64,000 nt of DNA from Macrostomum lignano (taxonomy: Eukaryota), in the NCBI GenBank assembly GCA_002269645.1, contig NIVC01003854.1, forward strand, positions 9,656 through 73,655, written 5' to 3'. The notes below the pieces were generated by a model. The model was given only the letters and a program-made list of their open reading frames with translations, was not told where the DNA came from and searched no databases. Made by a program: the position numbers and the translations under genes. Below are positions 61,215 through 64,000 of the stretch, piece by piece; position 1 is the stretch's first letter, and each line of letters starts with the position of its first letter.

Positions 61215-62195
61215 GGAGATGCAGGGAAAGAGCAGTGTCTGAGATGCTAGGGAGCAGTGTCTGAGATGCTAGGGAGCAGTGTCTGAGATGCAGGTAGGGA
61301 GCAGTGTCTGAGATGCAGGAAGGGAGCAGTGTCTGAGATGCTAGGGAGCAGTGTCTGAGATGCAGGTAGGGAGCAGTGTCTGAGATGCAGGAAGGGAGCA
61401 GTGTCTGAGATGCAGGTAGGGAGGCAGTGTCTAAGATGCAGGGAAGGGAGCAGTGTCTAGGATGCAGGAAGGGAGCAGTGTCTAAGATGCAGGTAGGGAG
61501 CAGTGTCTGAGATGCAGGGAAGGGAGCAGTGGCTGAGATAGCAGTGTCTGAGATGCAGGTAGGGAGCAGTGTCTAAGATGCAGGTAGGGAGCAGTGTCTT
61601 AGATGCAGGTAGGGAGCAGTGTCTAAAATGCAGGTTGGGAGCAGTGTCTGAGATGCAGGTAGGGAGCAGTGACTGAGATGCAGGGAGGGAGAAGTGACTG
61701 AGATGCAGGTAGGGAGCAGTGACTGAGATGCAGGGAGGGAGCAGTGACTGAGATGCAGGGATGGAGCAGTGACTGACATGCAGGTAGGGAGCAGTGTCTG
61801 AGATGCAGGAAGGGAGCAGCGTCTGAGATGCAGGTAGGGAGCAGTGTCTGAGATGCAGGGAAGGGAGCAGTGTCTGAGATGCAGGGAAGGAGAAGTGTCT
61901 AAGATGCAGGGAAGGAGCAGTGTCTGAGATGCAGGGAAGGAGAAGTGTCGGAGATACAGGGAAGGAGAAGTGTCTAAGATGCAGGGAAGGGAGTAGTGTC
62001 TGAGATGCAGGGAAGGGAGCAGTGTCTAAGTTGCAGGGAAGGGAGCAGTGTCTAAGATGCAGGGAAGGGAGCAGTGTCTAAGTTGCAGGGAAGGGAGCAA
62101 TGTCTAAGATGCAGGGAAGGAGAAGTGTCTAAGATGCAGGGAAGGAGCAGTGTCTAAGATGCAGGGAAGGAGAAGTGTCTAAGATGCAGGGAAGG
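61215..62195. repeat. 24-26-bp minisatellite (GGGAGCAGTGTCTGAGATGCAGGTA-like)
   Basis: About 38 variant tandem units. Confidence 0.95.
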
Positions 62196-62534
62196 TGCAG
62201 GGATCCTTTTCAATGGCAGTGCAGTGTCTCTCGTTAAACATTGTTAAACAAAAGCATCCCAGAATCCTTTGGGCATCTCTGCCTACTGTCATTATTACCT
62301 AACTAGCTGGCTGAGTCTTCTTCTAGAAGTGGTTGTGCTAGCCCACCCTTTGAATCCCTCCGTGTGTTTCCTGACAACGCGGATCTCCAAAGCTACACGG
62401 GGGCCTTGCTGTTGATTAGCATTGAGAGAGAGAGAGCTTTTGCTAATTAACAGGCACCCGACGCTATTCTTTTTTTCTGAAATTTACGTTGAGTGTCGCG
62501 CGCGCCAGCTATAGGATCGGGAGCAGCAGCAACG

Positions 62535-63123
<589 letters not shown>

Positions 63124-64000
63124 ATTCTTACTATACAAGTGCTTCTGTCACTGTTTTCTTATTAATTTCAGCTGATCTAGACCACTACTTCAGGATCTGA
63201 AGGATCTGAGGCCCCGCTGGCGCACCATGTTCAAAGTGGTATCTTTTTATAAATGCTAAACTTTTTTATAAAAACTGTAAGAGTTCCCTTCATAGATTCT
63301 TTTCATAGCTACTCTTCATTAGGCGGTCTCCCCATGTCCTTGAAAATGAAAAAAATTGAGACTGAGTTTGTCTGAATGAAGCTGTGAATCTGAGTGGGGA
63401 TAGTCGAGATTGCACTTTCCAAAGCAAACTAAATGTAAGAGACAAAGTCAGAAGCAGTGGTCTGATGTTTATAATTCTTTTTCTGGTCAGTTCTCTAAGA
63501 TTTGTTTTTTTTTCGTTAGAAAAGAAAAAACGTTGGAAAATCATTCTTTCAGCGTTTCATTTTAAATTTAATTTGCGGCATCCCTTTCTGTTACGAACTT
63601 TAAATTAGTTTGCATTTGGTTCAGAACTGTTTTTTTAATTGGCTTGAGCAATATGCGATCCGTATAGAGCTGGGGTATCAGGGAGGGAATGGTGGCTTTC
63701 TGATTTCAACTGCTGACACTTCTCAAGAATTTCGCCCTCATAAAATATCATCAATGTGTGACTGGTACTTTCCTTTTTGTGGTGTGTTTTGTGTGGGCTG
63801 CCCTGTAAAAATTTCTTGCGCGACCAGAGTATTAAAGCTTTATCAAAGATTTCCTTGTTCAAATTTATCAAGGGGAGCGCAATAAAAGTTCCAACTGTAC
63901 TTGAACAGTTTTTAATCCGAGAAGCTATCGAAATTTTCTAACAGAAAAGAATTTACGACGCAAAATCTGAAAACCGCAAGTTGACATCTCTTAGAAAATA

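Overview
Repeat-rich eukaryotic animal genomic DNA with GT-AG introns. Gene style, gene families and an apparent spliced-leader-dependent start codon suggest a flatworm (Macrostomum-like); this is inference, not proof. Left part (1-21 kb): an NWD-type DUF4062 gene that lacks a NACHT domain and ends in a Dpy-30 motif, two nested Ty3/Gypsy remnants, LINE and RNase H debris, an orphan SRE/AP-1/TATA promoter module and several MITEs. 19-26 kb: an almost CpG-free, CTAG-rich domain holding a young hAT MITE that carries a 28S rDNA fragment spanning the R2 target site. 26-37 kb: a co-oriented housekeeping cluster BOD1-like, COX8, STK16 (antisense intronic tRNA-Gly) and THG1L (no genomic ATG found). 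38-45 kb: three paralogous single-TM Cys-rich (Shisa/WBP1-like) terminal exons. 47-61 kb: two secreted PAN-Thr-rich-LamG paralogs, a BEL/Pao pol remnant and a WSC-PAN gene. Many mini- and microsatellites throughout. Several host genes carry single-base frameshifts that may be assembly errors. All homology calls are from motif recognition by eye; no database search was run.
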